Source of the DNA: a virus
Direction: 5' to 3' (one strand)
Length of the DNA: 64,000 nt
Virus record (IMG/VR): IMGVR_UViG_3300045988_111115
Location: 14,419-78,418 of that record
Part shown: one piece after another, positions 39,430 through 50,518 of the stretch
Layout: every line of letters begins with the position of its first letter
How positions within the stretch are numbered: position 1 is the stretch's first letter
Position numbers and translations under genes: made by a program
The notes under the pieces: generated by a model
Seen by the model: only the letters and a program-made list of their open reading frames with translations
The model's database searches: none
What the model was told of the DNA's origin: nothing

Positions 39430-40752
39430 ATGAGTGAGAATTATGATATAGACAGAGGGTTTATATCTAAGTTGATAGAGACTAAGGATATTAAATTAGT
39501 CAAAGAACAACAGATTAGACCCTCTTTCTTTACAGGAGACAGCAAGCGAGTTTTTGAGTACATAGAGCGAGTGTTCCGAGAGACAGGAAGTATTCCTACT
39601 GAAAGGGTTATAGCACATCAATTTCCAAAGTTTAAGTTAGACCACTTAGACAATAAAGTCGGTAATGAAGAAGACTTAATATTTTGGTGTAATGAACTTC
39701 GTACACGTACCCGACATAACCATTTAGTTGATACAGTACAGAGTATGGCTGATGAGTTAGACAACGGTGATAGTGAAGAAGCATACAAAGTGATGAAGAA
39801 GTCTATAGCCTTTATAGAAAATGAAGTAGTAGGAAGTACTGCCGTAGATATTACACAAGATACCAAAGAGCGTAAACAAGTATATTTAGAGCGTAAGAAG
39901 AATAAAGGTATAGTTGGTATTCCAACAGGCTTAGACCACCTTGACTATGTAGTTAAAGGTCTTAAAGGTGGTACTCTAACTACTATACTTGCTAACACGG
40001 GTGTTGGTAAGACGTGGCTTGAAGTAATTATTGGTGTAAACTGTATGCTTAATAACTATACTGTATTACAGTTCGTAACAGAAATGAGTACTGAATTAAT
40101 GAGGGACAGATATGAAGCCCTGCTCTATGCTAAGTGTTATGGAGAGATAAGTTATAATCAGTTTAAGAGTGGTGCTTTAACTGCCGAAGTAGAAAAGCAG
40201 TACTTTCAATTCTTAGATGAGGACTTGCCAAACTTAGAGCCTTTGTATGTTGAGACCGCTACAAGTGTTTCAGCTATGGAAGCTACCATAGAGAAGTTAA
40301 AACCTGATGTAGTACTTGTTGATGGTGTTTACTTAATGGAAGACGACCAACAAGCGAAAGATGATTGGCTTAGAGTAACACACATCACAAGAGACACAAA
40401 GAAGTTAGCTAAGAGGTTAGACAAGCCGATTATTATAAATACACAAGCTGATAAGACTACAAGTAAAAAAGGACCAAAACTTGATAGCATTATGTATACA
40501 CAGGCTATTGGACAAGATAGTGATGATGTTTGGGGATTGTTTAGAGATGAAGTAATGATAAATGAAAAGGAAATGAGACTTGACGTACTAAAGCAACGTG
40601 AGGGTGTATTAGCTAAAATAATGATGAATTGGAATTTTGATGTAATGGACTTTACAGAGATTTATTCCGAGAACTCAAAAGCACCAGACAACACACAAGA
40701 CGTTGAAAGTAATGTCATAGGTATCGACAATTTAGAAGATGAGGAGGAATAG
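39430..40752 (+). CDS. DnaB-like replicative helicase
   Basis: Walker A ANTGVGKTW, Walker B VLVDGVYLM, and a RecA-fold C-terminal domain. Confidence 0.7.
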   Translation: MSENYDIDRGFISKLIETKDIKLVKEQQIRPSFFTGDSKRVFEYIERVFRETGSIPTERVIAHQFPKFKLDHLDNKVGNEEDLIFWCNELRTRTRHNHLVDTVQSMADELDNGDSEEAYKVMKKSIAFIENEVVGSTAVDITQDTKERKQVYLERKKNKGIVGIPTGLDHLDYVVKGLKGGTLTTILANTGVGKTWLEVIIGVNCMLNNYTVLQFVTEMSTELMRDRYEALLYAKCYGEISYNQFKSGALTAEVEKQYFQFLDEDLPNLEPLYVETATSVSAMEATIEKLKPDVVLVDGVYLMEDDQQAKDDWLRVTHITRDTKKLAKRLDKPIIINTQADKTTSKKGPKLDSIMYTQAIGQDSDDVWGLFRDEVMINEKEMRLDVLKQREGVLAKIMMNWNFDVMDFTEIYSENSKAPDNTQDVESNVIGIDNLEDEEE

Positions 40753-40754
40753 CA

Positions 40755-40949
40755 GTGAATATAAGTAGACCTTGTAAATGTGGTTTTGAGCCACATACTA
40801 CAGAAAGTTGTTATCAAACTGACTGCAAAGGTTATAAAGAAAGAGAGTTAAGGTGCGCTATACTTGAATTTAATAATGAATTTAGCAAACTACAGCATAA
40901 GTATGATGAAAGGGTACGCAAGCTACTTAATTTGAACAAGAGAGGTTAA
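40755..40949 (+). CDS. small Cys-rich protein
   Basis: 64 aa ORF carrying CKCG...CYQTDC. Confidence 0.35.
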   Translation: MNISRPCKCGFEPHTTESCYQTDCKGYKERELRCAILEFNNEFSKLQHKYDERVRKLLNLNKRG

Positions 40950-40955
40950 AAGAAA

Positions 40956-41966
40956 ATGGGTAATCTATTTACTAAAGACCAAGTAGAAGACTTATTGAAC
41001 TATATAGGTGTAGACAAGATACAACAGTGGAAAGGTGATAAGATAAACTTCTGTTGTCCTATTCACGGAGAGACACACCCGTCTTGTGGTATCAATATTG
41101 ATTACACTAATGAAGATAGAGATATTAGTCACGGGCAAGTGTTTAACTGTTTTGCTTGTAATAAGAGTGGTAATTTAGCGTGGTTTACTTTTCTGTCTAT
41201 GCCCGATAAGTTTAAAAACTATTCTGAAGCAGTAAAGTTCTTAGAGCAGAGATATGGTGTAAACGTAGACCAAGTACCTAAACATAAAGGTAAAATACAC
41301 TTGTTAAAGCGTTATGGTGAACTTACAGAGAGTACTGCAAGAAAAGCACTACCTTACTATAAGTTAGCACCTTTCAGAAGTGGTAAAGAAACTTATGAAT
41401 ACTTTTATAGTAGAGGGTTTAGTAAAGCTGAACTCATAGAGTATGAAATAGGCAGAGATATTGAGAAAGAGACAGTAACTATACCTGTATTTTGGGAAGA
41501 CCATACTCTTGCAGGCATAATAGGCAGATATATTGACCCGAACAGACCTAAAAATTACAGGTACGAAATTTACAATGAATTTAGTAAGAGCAGTGTATTA
41601 TTTCCTTTAGATAAGGTAGAGCCTGAGAATAATACAGTAATTCTTGTAGAGGGTCAGTTTGACTGTATGATGATGAGAAAGTGGGGTTATAAGAATACTG
41701 TATCGTCTTTAGGCAATAAGCTGTCTTATGCTCAAAAAGAACAGCTTAAAAGCATATGCAGTACAGTTATAGTATTGTATGATAATGACGAAAGAGGAAT
41801 AGCCGCTATAGACAGAGCAAGGAAAATGCTCAAAGACAGTTTTAAGGTAAAAGTATGTGATTATACAGGTGTTGTAGGTAAAGACCCTATAGAGTGGGGA
41901 GAAGAACAGACTAAGCACATACTAAGTACAGCGACATTAATTAAGGCAAAACTGTATAAGATTTGA
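40956..41966 (+). CDS. DNA primase (zinc-binding + TOPRIM)
   Basis: Zinc ribbon CCPIHGETHPSC...CFAC and TOPRIM segments LVEGQFD and LYDNDERG. Confidence 0.65.
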   Translation: MGNLFTKDQVEDLLNYIGVDKIQQWKGDKINFCCPIHGETHPSCGINIDYTNEDRDISHGQVFNCFACNKSGNLAWFTFLSMPDKFKNYSEAVKFLEQRYGVNVDQVPKHKGKIHLLKRYGELTESTARKALPYYKLAPFRSGKETYEYFYSRGFSKAELIEYEIGRDIEKETVTIPVFWEDHTLAGIIGRYIDPNRPKNYRYEIYNEFSKSSVLFPLDKVEPENNTVILVEGQFDCMMMRKWGYKNTVSSLGNKLSYAQKEQLKSICSTVIVLYDNDERGIAAIDRARKMLKDSFKVKVCDYTGVVGKDPIEWGEEQTKHILSTATLIKAKLYKI

Positions 41967-41991
41967 CAGTATGCCTATTTAATGATATAAT
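41963..41991 (+). promoter_or_regulatory. promoter TTGACA-17-TATAAT
   Basis: Perfect hexamers with a 17 nt spacer. Confidence 0.55.
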
Positions 41992-42049
41992 ATAAGCAAC
42001 CCATTCTTGAAATAGTAAGGTTAATAAGATTAATAAGGAGGTAATAACA

Positions 42050-42811
42050 ATGGGTTTATTTAAGTCAGGCTATAAAGCCGTAGAAGATGAAAAGAAGAGA
42101 CAAGAGAACAGAAGAAGTTTATACCGCTTCTTTGTAACAGGTGACGGAGCAGAAGCAGACATTCGCTTCTTGACAGACATACCTATTACTTTCTCGGAAC
42201 ACAGCATTAAGACAGTGAGAAATGGCAAAGAGTATTATGATAATGCTATTTGTACGGCAGACGAAAGTCCTTGTCCTCATTGTGCTAACGGTGAGAGACC
42301 GTCATTCAAAGGTGCTTATCTAATTTGGGATAACAGAGAATTTGAAGCTAAAGACACGAATGGTAAGAAGAAGAAAGTACACGGCTCTCTTAAGTTGTAC
42401 GTAGCAGGTACTAAAATACTGTCGCAGATACAGCGTTTATACTCAAAGTATGGACTACTTGACAGAGAGTACACAGTAGTCCGTTTAGGAGAGGGAACAA
42501 GTACTACATATACTTTTGAAAGAGGAGATAAGTTAGAGCCTTTAAGCACTAAGGAAATAACAGAAATGCTCCCTGAAAATCTAAGAAAGATATATGACGG
42601 TACAGAGGACAGTCTTTTAAAAGTTGTTGAAAAAGTCCTTGAAAGTGAAATATCAAACAATGCCAACAATAATTCACCTGACAAAGATAGAGACGAAGAA
42701 GAGGACGAGAGAACTTATAATAAAAATCTTGTAAGTGCAGATGAAGACGAAGAAGAGGAAGAGAGACCTAAGAGAACGTCTGCAAAGAGCATTTTAAAGA
42801 GAAGAAAGTAA
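42050..42811 (+). CDS. T4 gp32-like ssDNA-binding protein
   Basis: IRFLTDIP resembles the gp32 segment IRFLPSK. It also has a Zn-site CPHC and an acidic DEDEEEEE C-terminal tail. Confidence 0.5.
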   Translation: MGLFKSGYKAVEDEKKRQENRRSLYRFFVTGDGAEADIRFLTDIPITFSEHSIKTVRNGKEYYDNAICTADESPCPHCANGERPSFKGAYLIWDNREFEAKDTNGKKKKVHGSLKLYVAGTKILSQIQRLYSKYGLLDREYTVVRLGEGTSTTYTFERGDKLEPLSTKEITEMLPENLRKIYDGTEDSLLKVVEKVLESEISNNANNNSPDKDRDEEEDERTYNKNLVSADEDEEEEERPKRTSAKSILKRRK

Positions 42812-42889
42812 TTTGATAAAATAAGGCATATGTGTTATTATAATGATAGCACATATGCTTTTATTAATTATGAGAGAAAGGAGATAAAG

Positions 42890-45016
42890 CATTTGAGTTT
42901 TTATTATAAACCTGTAATGACTTCCTCTATGATAGTAGATGAGTTATGGAAGTTGAAGTCTTTAGCCAAAAAGATGAACTCTATAGAGGAGTTTGCATTT
43001 GATACAGAAACAAATACTAAAGATTGGGTAGTAGCAGATAATGATGTGTTTAGAATAGTAGGCATATCTATTTCGTGGGGTTTTAACAACAACTACTACA
43101 TTCCTTTAGGTCATAGACGTGATGAAGATTACTATAATCAACTCGAAGAAGAGGTAGTAGTGAAGTACTTAAAGCCTTGCTTTGAGAGAACAGATGTAAG
43201 AGTAATTGGACACAATTTAAAGTTTGATATGCACGTTATGAGCCGTATTGGTATTCACATTCAGACAGCCGATTTATTTGATACAATGATAGCAGAATGG
43301 CTTTGTGATGAGAATACACCAAACGGACTTAAAGGCTGTTCTATGAGACGATTAGAGATAGCACAGACACACTTTGCAGAGGTTACGAATACAGTACCTA
43401 ATGAAGTTAAAAAGCAGTTCGGACTAAAAGCAAGTAATAAAGCTACTATGGACTTAACCCTGATTGAAGATTGTGCACCTTATGCTTTAGCCGATAGTTT
43501 TTATACGTGGTGTTTGTATGTAGGCTATCTTGATGAACTGCACAAAGAGAAAATGGATAAAATCTATAGTAAAGTGTACAGAAAGTTTATAAGAGTACTG
43601 TACACTATGGAGGAACAAGGTGCTAATGTAGCTGTAGACCGACTTGAAGAAATGGACGTTGAGATAACTAAAGACCTTGAAGAAATGCTCGCAAAGATGT
43701 TTGATTTAGTAGGTATGGAATTTAACCCGAATAGTAATAAGCAGTTACAAGAGTTACTGTTTGGGTATGTTAAAGACGGAGGTACACCTACTAAGTTAAG
43801 TGATGTTTCTTTCGGTTTCAGACAAATAAGTGCTACTAAAAGTGGTGCACCTCAATGTAACTCAGATACCATTTGGACACTCTCTAACTTAGAGTTTAAG
43901 AATAAGCGAAAAAAGCAAGGTGTAGAATTTTGCAAGCTACTTAATGACTATAAGAGGTTAGGAAAGTTAGCAAGTGCCTTTGTGAGAGGTTTGAAGAAAC
44001 AGTTATATAGTGACGGTAAAGCACACCCTACCTTTAATATCATAGGTACTGATAGTGGTAGAATTTCTTGTTCACGTCCTAATCTACAACAGTTACCAAA
44101 AGCAGGTGATGATGATAAGTACCAAATTCGTAGCTTGTTTATCGGAAGTGACTATGTATCAGATAGTGAGGGAAATTGGGTAAGTGATGATGTCGAAGAA
44201 GCATATAACCATAGGAATTTAGAGATAAAGCGTAAGAAGATAGTAGCACTTGACTTTGCTAACCTTGAAATGCGAATACTAACCCACTTTAGTCAGGACC
44301 AAAACCTACTTGATATGTTTAATAACGGTGATGATACTCACGGTAGTACTGCTGTCAATATGTTTGAGTTAGATTGTAACCCTGATGAGGTAAAGAAGAA
44401 GTACCCACATTTGAGACAAGCCGCAAAGGTAATTAACTTCTTGTTAATGTATGGAGGCTCTGCTCCGACTTTGTATAATAACTTAAAGGGAGACCATTAT
44501 AACCCGATAGATTTAGGAGATAAGAAGTATTTAGAGATGTACCACGTAAAGAATGGTAAAGATGTCGCACAAATCTATATTGATAAGTACTTTACCTCTT
44601 ATGCAGGTGTAAGCACCTTTATTAAAAACCAAAGACGATATGCACACCGCCACGAGTATGTATATACCCTTTTAAAGAGGAAAAGAAGACTGCCGAATAT
44701 AAATTCATACAGTCCAAAGGACGTGTCCTATTGTGAGCGTTTAGCCGTTAATGCGTGTATTCAAGGTAGTGCCGCAGATTTAACAATGTCTGCTCAAAAT
44801 CGAGTTTTTGCAGACCATTGGTACGAAGAACACGGAGTACATATGATACTTCAAGTACACGACGAATTGGTGTTTGACTGTCCTGAAAAGTATGTAGATG
44901 AGTGCATAGAGAGGACTAAGCACTATATGGAACACGCTTTTGGAGATAACGTAAGTCTTAATCTACCTATGAGGGCAGACGCAGACTTTGGAGACAGTTA
45001 TCAAGAAGCAAAGTAA
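42890..45016 (+). CDS. polA: family A DNA polymerase with 3'-5' exonuclease domain
   Basis: Exo I FDTETN, motif A region RISCSRPNLQQLP, motif C HDELVFD. The ORF is open from 42830, and the start is uncertain (TTG at 42890 after GAAAGGAG). Confidence 0.8.
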   Translation, partial: HLSFYYKPVMTSSMIVDELWKLKSLAKKMNSIEEFAFDTETNTKDWVVADNDVFRIVGISISWGFNNNYYIPLGHRRDEDYYNQLEEEVVVKYLKPCFERTDVRVIGHNLKFDMHVMSRIGIHIQTADLFDTMIAEWLCDENTPNGLKGCSMRRLEIAQTHFAEVTNTVPNEVKKQFGLKASNKATMDLTLIEDCAPYALADSFYTWCLYVGYLDELHKEKMDKIYSKVYRKFIRVLYTMEEQGANVAVDRLEEMDVEITKDLEEMLAKMFDLVGMEFNPNSNKQLQELLFGYVKDGGTPTKLSDVSFGFRQISATKSGAPQCNSDTIWTLSNLEFKNKRKKQGVEFCKLLNDYKRLGKLASAFVRGLKKQLYSDGKAHPTFNIIGTDSGRISCSRPNLQQLPKAGDDDKYQIRSLFIGSDYVSDSEGNWVSDDVEEAYNHRNLEIKRKKIVALDFANLEMRILTHFSQDQNLLDMFNNGDDTHGSTAVNMFELDCNPDEVKKKYPHLRQAAKVINFLLMYGGSAPTLYNNLKGDHYNPIDLGDKKYLEMYHVKNGKDVAQIYIDKYFTSYAGVSTFIKNQRRYAHRHEYVYTLLKRKRRLPNINSYSPKDVSYCERLAVNACIQGSAADLTMSAQNRVFADHWYEEHGVHMILQVHDELVFDCPEKYVDECIERTKHYMEHAFGDNVSLNLPMRADADFGDSYQEAK

Positions 45017-45027
45017 GAGGTGATACT

Positions 45028-45180
45028 ATGAAGAAGTTATTGAAGAAGATAGGTAAACTATTTTGCGTACACGAATTTGTTACAAGAAGATATGCACCAA
45101 AGACAGCAGGGTATACAATGACCGAAGTAAGAAAGTGTGCAAAGTGCGGTAAAGTACTTTGGAAAGCATATTATTAATAC
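45028..45180 (+). CDS. small zinc-ribbon protein
   Basis: 50 aa ORF with CVHEF...CAKCG, an RBS and a terminator, absent from the ORF track. Confidence 0.35.
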
Positions 45181-45182
45181 TT

Positions 45183-45211
45183 AGGGTAGCTAATGCTACC
45201 CTTTTTATTTT
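45183..45211 (+). terminator. rho-independent terminator
   Basis: AGGGTAGC-TAAT-GCTACCCT followed by TTTTTATTTT. Confidence 0.7.
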
Positions 45212-45216
45212 GCAAT

Positions 45217-45245
45217 TTGACAGATATATTAAAGTGTGTTATGAT
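45217..45245 (+). promoter_or_regulatory. promoter TTGACA-17-TATGAT with TGn extension
   Basis: Consensus -35 and an extended -10 (TGTTATGAT). Confidence 0.5.
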
Positions 45246-45294
45246 AATCATACAATTTGAAAAGATATGATTGTAGAAAGGAGTTGAAAGCCAA

Positions 45295-45513
45295 GTGAAA
45301 ACGGCAAGAACGACTATTGAGACCAGTGTTACACTTATGGAAGAAGTCAAGAAGAAAGCTAATTCTAATAGTGAAAACATTGGAGACTTTATCACAAGAG
45401 CCTTGCTTAATCAACTTGAAGCTGAGGGTGATTTTGAAATTAGAGAAGAAGTGGAGGAAGAACTAAATGGCAGTTGTGAAAAGAAAATCAGTAACCAAAA
45501 AAGCAGAGCCTAA
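45295..45513 (+). CDS. ribbon-helix-helix-like DNA-binding protein
   Basis: RHH beta-strand TTIETSVTLMEEV at the N-terminus. The ORF overlaps the next gene. Confidence 0.35.
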   Translation: MKTARTTIETSVTLMEEVKKKANSNSENIGDFITRALLNQLEAEGDFEIREEVEEELNGSCEKKISNQKSRA

Positions 45514-46576
45514 AAAGGCTACTACACCAAAGAAGAGCAATCCTGATTTGAATAAGATTGTGGAGGGACTGAATAAGAAGTTCGGAGACAATGTAGTAGC
45601 AGTAGGTTTTAGCAAGACCTATGCACAAAGTAACAAAGTACAAAGAATACCTACAGGTAGCTTTACACTTGATATTGCTTTAGGTGGGGGACTTCCTTTA
45701 GGTAGGTACATTGAAATATCTGGTGCTTATTCTTCTACAAAAACCTCACAAGTACTTGATATTATAAGAGAAGCACAAAAAGCAGGACTTATATGTGCTC
45801 TACTTGATGTAGAGGGCACTACTGATGAGGTGTATTTGAAGCGTAAAGGGGTAGATGTAGATAACTTACTTTATTCAAGACCCGCAGGAATGGAGGAAGC
45901 CTGTGACTTGATGTTAGAGTTACAGAAGAGCGGAGAAGTACATTTAGGTGTAATAGATAGTATCGCCGCTATGTCTCCAAATAAGGAACAAGAGACCGCA
46001 ATAGCCGATAGTGTTCGTATGGGTATCCCTCAACAAATACTCGGAGAGTTTTTCCGTAAGTTTCAAGCAAACAATAATAAACTTGATAGAGAGGGAAAGA
46101 CACCTTTTACACTTATTGGACTTAATCAGCTAAGAGAAAAGATTGGTGCTTATGGTGACCCTGAATATACACCGGGGGGTAGAGCAAAAGGTTTTACCTG
46201 TAGTGTAGATATTCGTCTCCGTAGAGGAGATTGGATAGTACAAGGTACAGGTGTTGACAAAGAAATGGTGGGTCAAGTAGTGAAGTTCAAGATTGAAAAG
46301 AACAAGACCTATAAGCGTATGCAGTCAGGAGAGTTTGATTTTTATTTCAGTGAAAACAATGCAGGAGTACCTGTTTCATACAATGATACAGAAAAAGAAG
46401 TTGTTGTATGTGCCGTTGAGTATGGTGTTATTGAAAGAGCAGGTGCTTGGTTTAAGTATGAAGACAAGAAGTTTCAAGGACTTGCTAATCTTGTTGATGA
46501 ACTTAAAACCAATCCTGAACTACTTGCGGAACTGAAAGAAAAAGTAATGTACTTGAGTACAAGGGAGAACACATAA
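45467..46576 (+). CDS. RecA/UvsX-like recombinase
   Basis: RecA-fold segment IPTGSFTLDIALGGGLPLGRYIEISG followed by a non-canonical P-loop (AYSSTKTS). Confidence 0.65.
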   Translation: MAVVKRKSVTKKAEPKKATTPKKSNPDLNKIVEGLNKKFGDNVVAVGFSKTYAQSNKVQRIPTGSFTLDIALGGGLPLGRYIEISGAYSSTKTSQVLDIIREAQKAGLICALLDVEGTTDEVYLKRKGVDVDNLLYSRPAGMEEACDLMLELQKSGEVHLGVIDSIAAMSPNKEQETAIADSVRMGIPQQILGEFFRKFQANNNKLDREGKTPFTLIGLNQLREKIGAYGDPEYTPGGRAKGFTCSVDIRLRRGDWIVQGTGVDKEMVGQVVKFKIEKNKTYKRMQSGEFDFYFSENNAGVPVSYNDTEKEVVVCAVEYGVIERAGAWFKYEDKKFQGLANLVDELKTNPELLAELKEKVMYLSTRENT

Positions 46577-46577
46577 A

Positions 46578-46850
46578 ATGTCATTCGGAAGAGGTTATGC
46601 AGAGTTAAATACTCGCTTAGAAAAACGGTCAAGATTTACTATGTCGTGTTATAATTGTGACTATTTTTATCAGACCGCAGAAGATGAAGAAGAGGTGTGC
46701 CAAAACCCCAATGTATTACAGTATGATATGGTTGTATCAGAGAATAATATATACTGTAACCTTTGGACTAACTGCAAGGATAAGCAAGACCAAAAGTTAC
46801 GCAGGGAGAAAGCAGTACCTACTGTAAAATCAATATTTAAGAAGAGGTGA
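46578..46850 (+). CDS. Cys-rich small protein
   Basis: CYNCDY...CQNP...CNLWTNC. Confidence 0.35.
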   Translation: MSFGRGYAELNTRLEKRSRFTMSCYNCDYFYQTAEDEEEVCQNPNVLQYDMVVSENNIYCNLWTNCKDKQDQKLRREKAVPTVKSIFKKR

Positions 46851-46889
46851 GTACTTTGAATATAACTTAGACCACAAGGAGGTTAGCAG

Positions 46890-47366
46890 ATGAGTACTGT
46901 TAAGAAGATTTCCCAAAAGCAAGAAGCAAAGGTAGCTAAAGACCTTAATGCTAAGACAGTAGTAGCAAGTGGTGCTTTATGGGGAGCAAAAGGTGATGTC
47001 AGAAGTGATAAGTACCTTGTAGAGTGTAAAACCACAAGCAAGTCCTTTTATTCCCTTACATCAAATGTATGGGGTAAAATAAAACGCGAAGCTATTAAAG
47101 ACGGATTGAGAGTACCTGCTATGTGTATTGAAGTAAAAGGGCAGTCTGTAGCTATAGTTGAGCAAGGGTTAGTTCAGGACTATTTGACAGAACATTGTAT
47201 AAAGATATATAGTGTAGATGTGCTTGCAAAGTCCTTTAGAGTTAGGGCAGATTATGATAAGCCTGTAGCTTATACCTGTATAGATAAGAGTTGGGGCAAA
47301 CACCCTGAAAAACTTGTACAGATGGGTTGGGAAAACTTTGTAGCAATCGCAGATGATTTAATATAA
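46890..47366 (+). CDS. PD-(D/E)xK nuclease, Hjc/Holliday-junction-resolvase-like
   Basis: GDV...VECK motif. Paralogous to 53179-53625. Confidence 0.45.
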   Translation: MSTVKKISQKQEAKVAKDLNAKTVVASGALWGAKGDVRSDKYLVECKTTSKSFYSLTSNVWGKIKREAIKDGLRVPAMCIEVKGQSVAIVEQGLVQDYLTEHCIKIYSVDVLAKSFRVRADYDKPVAYTCIDKSWGKHPEKLVQMGWENFVAIADDLI

Positions 47367-47387
47367 AGAATATGAGGTGAGTACATA

Positions 47388-48284
47388 ATGGCTTTAAAAT
47401 CAGTGTTTAGTAGTATGAAGAGAGAGGGTTATGTGATAAAGCCTTTGGACTACTACTTACTAACACTTAACAAAGAAGACAATGACAGGGCGATTAATGT
47501 AAATGCTCCGTCACAGATAGGTAGCTGTTTACGTTCACGCTACTATGCACGAATAGGAGCAGAAGCAGACCCTAATACTGTTGACGGAAGACAGAGAAGA
47601 ATATTTGATAATGGTACAGGAGTTCACGAGAGACTTCAAGCATACTTGAAGAAGCAAGGTATGTTACTTGCTGATGAAATACCTGTTATTAATACAGAGT
47701 ACAGCATTCAGGGTCATACTGACGGACTTCTAAAGTTATCAAGTGCTGAAATAGGAGTACTTGAAATTAAGTCCATAAACAGTAAGGGTTTCAGTAGCTT
47801 AAAAGGTGCAAAAGAAAATCATAAGTTACAAGGAATATCTTATATCTACTGCTTAGAGGAACGCAGAAAAGCACTTCACGAAAAGTATAAAAATATGCAA
47901 GCGTTCCTATTGGATAAGAAAGCGAGATATAAGTACTATGAACAGTTTTATCAACATTTAAAAGGCGGTACTAAGCATAGCCGAGATGAGAAAATTAAGT
48001 TTCAGTGTGACCTGCATAATCAGTCGGATAAAATACTTATGCAAACGAACATTCCTATAACTAAGGCAGTATTTCTTTATGAGAACAAAGATACACAAGA
48101 ACTTAAAGAGTACCTTATAACTACCAAGTCTGAAGAGGGGGCAAGCTATTTGGACAGTATCTTAAATGAGTGTGCTCTTTTAAATAACTATGTGGATAAG
48201 AAGAAAGCACCACCAAGAGAGGGTACTAACCGTTCCTGTACACAGTGCCGTTGGTGTAACTATAAAATTGAATGTTGGAATTGA
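47388..48284 (+). CDS. Cas4/RecB-like PD-(D/E)xK exonuclease with C-terminal 4-Cys cluster
   Basis: GHTDGLL...LEIKS (D...ExK), N-terminal C47 and C-terminal CTQCRWC...C. Confidence 0.55.
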   Translation: MALKSVFSSMKREGYVIKPLDYYLLTLNKEDNDRAINVNAPSQIGSCLRSRYYARIGAEADPNTVDGRQRRIFDNGTGVHERLQAYLKKQGMLLADEIPVINTEYSIQGHTDGLLKLSSAEIGVLEIKSINSKGFSSLKGAKENHKLQGISYIYCLEERRKALHEKYKNMQAFLLDKKARYKYYEQFYQHLKGGTKHSRDEKIKFQCDLHNQSDKILMQTNIPITKAVFLYENKDTQELKEYLITTKSEEGASYLDSILNECALLNNYVDKKKAPPREGTNRSCTQCRWCNYKIECWN

Positions 48285-48295
48285 GGTGCAAACTA

Positions 48296-48834
48296 TGCCA
48301 AACAAACTACCTAAAAAGCAGAAAATCAACCCACGTAAGATACAAGAGGACTATGCTTCACGCATAGAAAACTCATTACAGAAAGACGGAGTAGCCTTAT
48401 TTGATGAGAAGTACTTAGATATAAATGAGGAGTATTTAAGACTACCAAGAGGGATTACAGAAGTAACATCTAAAGAGTTGGGAGAGTACCTAAATGCTTT
48501 CACGCAACAAAAGATGTACCTAAGAACAGTTGCAGGACGTGTCCTATTGTATATCGAAGAGTGCAGACGTAAATACTATGAGGTAAGTGCTGAGAAGTAC
48601 AGACGTTTGTCAACGGATAAGATGTCAGAGACTGCAAAAGAGAGAATTATTTTAAGTTCCCCTGAGGTAAGACCCACTTACGAAGAGTATATGGACTTTA
48701 AGAATAAAGGAAAGATACTTGAAAATACAATCGCAAACATAGAAGATACAATCTTTTTGTTAAGTCGTGAAATATCACGAAGAACAGGAGATTTCGCAGA
48801 AGACAGACGAGAATATAATGTGTCAAGGAGGTAA
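48296..48834 (+). CDS. hypothetical protein
   Basis: The ORF track starts at 48190, overlapping the nuclease gene. ATG 48296 follows GAGGTG. Confidence 0.4.
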
Positions 48835-48840
48835 AATTAA

Positions 48841-50211
48841 ATGCCAATCTTTAATAGGGGTGCTAAAGGAGTAACACCTAAAATAGACACATCACCTATC
48901 ACTTTAGATGATGTTCAAAAAGAAGCAGTTGAAACAACTTTTCACAAAGTACTTGTAGTAGCAGGTGCAGGTTCAGGCAAAACAAGAGTACTTACTGAAC
49001 GTGTTAAGTACTTACTAAGCCAGGGTGTAAATCCTTGTAACATAATTGCTATCACTTTTACAAATATGGCGGCAGAGGAAATGAAAGAGCGTTTAAAGAC
49101 AGTAGAGGGTATAGGAGACACTTTCATAGGAACTATACATAGTTTTGCTAATAAAGTTATGAGTTTGTCAGGAGAGACCTATACTATATTTAATGACAGT
49201 GTAGACCTTGACTTTCATAAGGAACTCATTGAGAAGTACTGTAAATTCTTAACGCTAAAGAAGTACTTGAAGTACAGAGACTTAAGAGAAGCAGTAGAAC
49301 GAGGAGAACAAAGAGAAAGTACTTTAAACAACTTTTTAACACCAAGTGAAGTGGCAGAACTGCACTATATCGAAAGACCTGATGTAGATAGGTGTGCAGA
49401 CCCTAATATAATCAAGAACTACCCTGAAACAATAAAGACACTTTGTCTTGACAGAGGAGTGATTGACTTTAATCAGCTGTTAAAAAAGGCTACTGAGTAC
49501 TTTAACTCAATTAAGGCTTTTCCTGAACACGTACTTGTAGATGAGTTTCAGGATATAGATAGCCTTGAAGCAAAGTTTCTAAAGTCGCTAAAAGCACAGA
49601 ACTACTTTTATGTCGGAGACGATTATCAAGCTATCTATGGTTTTAAAGGTGGTAATGTATCTCTATTCCGTAATTTATATAAGTGCGCAGATTGGAAGAC
49701 GTACCACTTAAACTATAACTACCGTAACCCTCAATGTATTGTTGACTTAGGTTTTAAAGTAATGTCACAAGTAAAAGAGCGTATTCCGCACAACACAAGA
49801 GTAATGTCTAAAGAAGTGGGAAGTGTGAATATTATGTCACGTTACACAGGTAAGCCATTCCTTGCTGAAAGTCTTTTAAACCTAAGTGCAGAAGAGCGTA
49901 AAAGCACCTTTGTACTAACGAGAAGTAACAAGGAACTGTTTGAGCTAAAGAACTACCTTGATAATGTTGGAATACCTTGCAGTACTTTTAAGCGTGAGGG
50001 AATGTCCTTAGCTGATATAAATTATATTATGAGCCTGTCGACAGTAAAACTTATTACAGTGCATACATCAAAAGGGTTAGAAGCAGACAATGTACATTTG
50101 TGGGGTAACTTCCCTATCTCTGTACCATACTACTTGCTTGATGAGGAAGAACGCAGAGTAATGTATGTAGGAGTAACAAGAGCCAAGAAGAACTTAACAA
50201 TATATAATTAA
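48841..50211 (+). CDS. UvrD/PcrA-like SF1 helicase
   Basis: Walker [16 protein letters not shown], motif II LVDEFQD, motif VI VGVTRAK. Confidence 0.7.
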   Translation: MPIFNRGAKGVTPKIDTSPITLDDVQKEAVETTFHKVLVVAGAGSGKTRVLTERVKYLLSQGVNPCNIIAITFTNMAAEEMKERLKTVEGIGDTFIGTIHSFANKVMSLSGETYTIFNDSVDLDFHKELIEKYCKFLTLKKYLKYRDLREAVERGEQRESTLNNFLTPSEVAELHYIERPDVDRCADPNIIKNYPETIKTLCLDRGVIDFNQLLKKATEYFNSIKAFPEHVLVDEFQDIDSLEAKFLKSLKAQNYFYVGDDYQAIYGFKGGNVSLFRNLYKCADWKTYHLNYNYRNPQCIVDLGFKVMSQVKERIPHNTRVMSKEVGSVNIMSRYTGKPFLAESLLNLSAEERKSTFVLTRSNKELFELKNYLDNVGIPCSTFKREGMSLADINYIMSLSTVKLITVHTSKGLEADNVHLWGNFPISVPYYLLDEEERRVMYVGVTRAKKNLTIYN

Positions 50212-50224
50212 AAGGAGAATACAT

Positions 50225-50518
50225 ATGTTAGATAAAGAGACACCACAAATTGGAGAAGTATATAAACACTTTAAACGTGACCCTGAATTGCCTTGTACGG
50301 ATAATAGCTATTTATACATAGTAAAAGACCTTGCACAGCATACAGAGACCCACGAAGTACTTGTTATCTATCAGGCACTGTATTCACCATTTACAACCTA
50401 TGCAAGACCCTTAGAAATGTTTATGTCTATAGTTGATGAAGAAAAGTACCCTGAGCATAAGGGTGAAAGAAGATTTACACTATTAGGAGGAAACGTATAT
50501 GTGCCAAGAATTGAGTAA
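50225..50518 (+). CDS. DUF1653-like protein
   Basis: YKHFKRDP...[15 protein letters not shown] pattern. Confidence 0.4.
   Translation: MLDKETPQIGEVYKHFKRDPELPCTDNSYLYIVKDLAQHTETHEVLVIYQALYSPFTTYARPLEMFMSIVDEEKYPEHKGERRFTLLGGNVYVPRIE

Noticed and set aside
45467-46576. RecA-like protein as catalytically dead because of the non-canonical P-loop (GAYSSTKT)
   Set aside because: Phage UvsX-type recombinases often carry degenerate Walker A motifs, so this is not sufficient evidence for inactivity.
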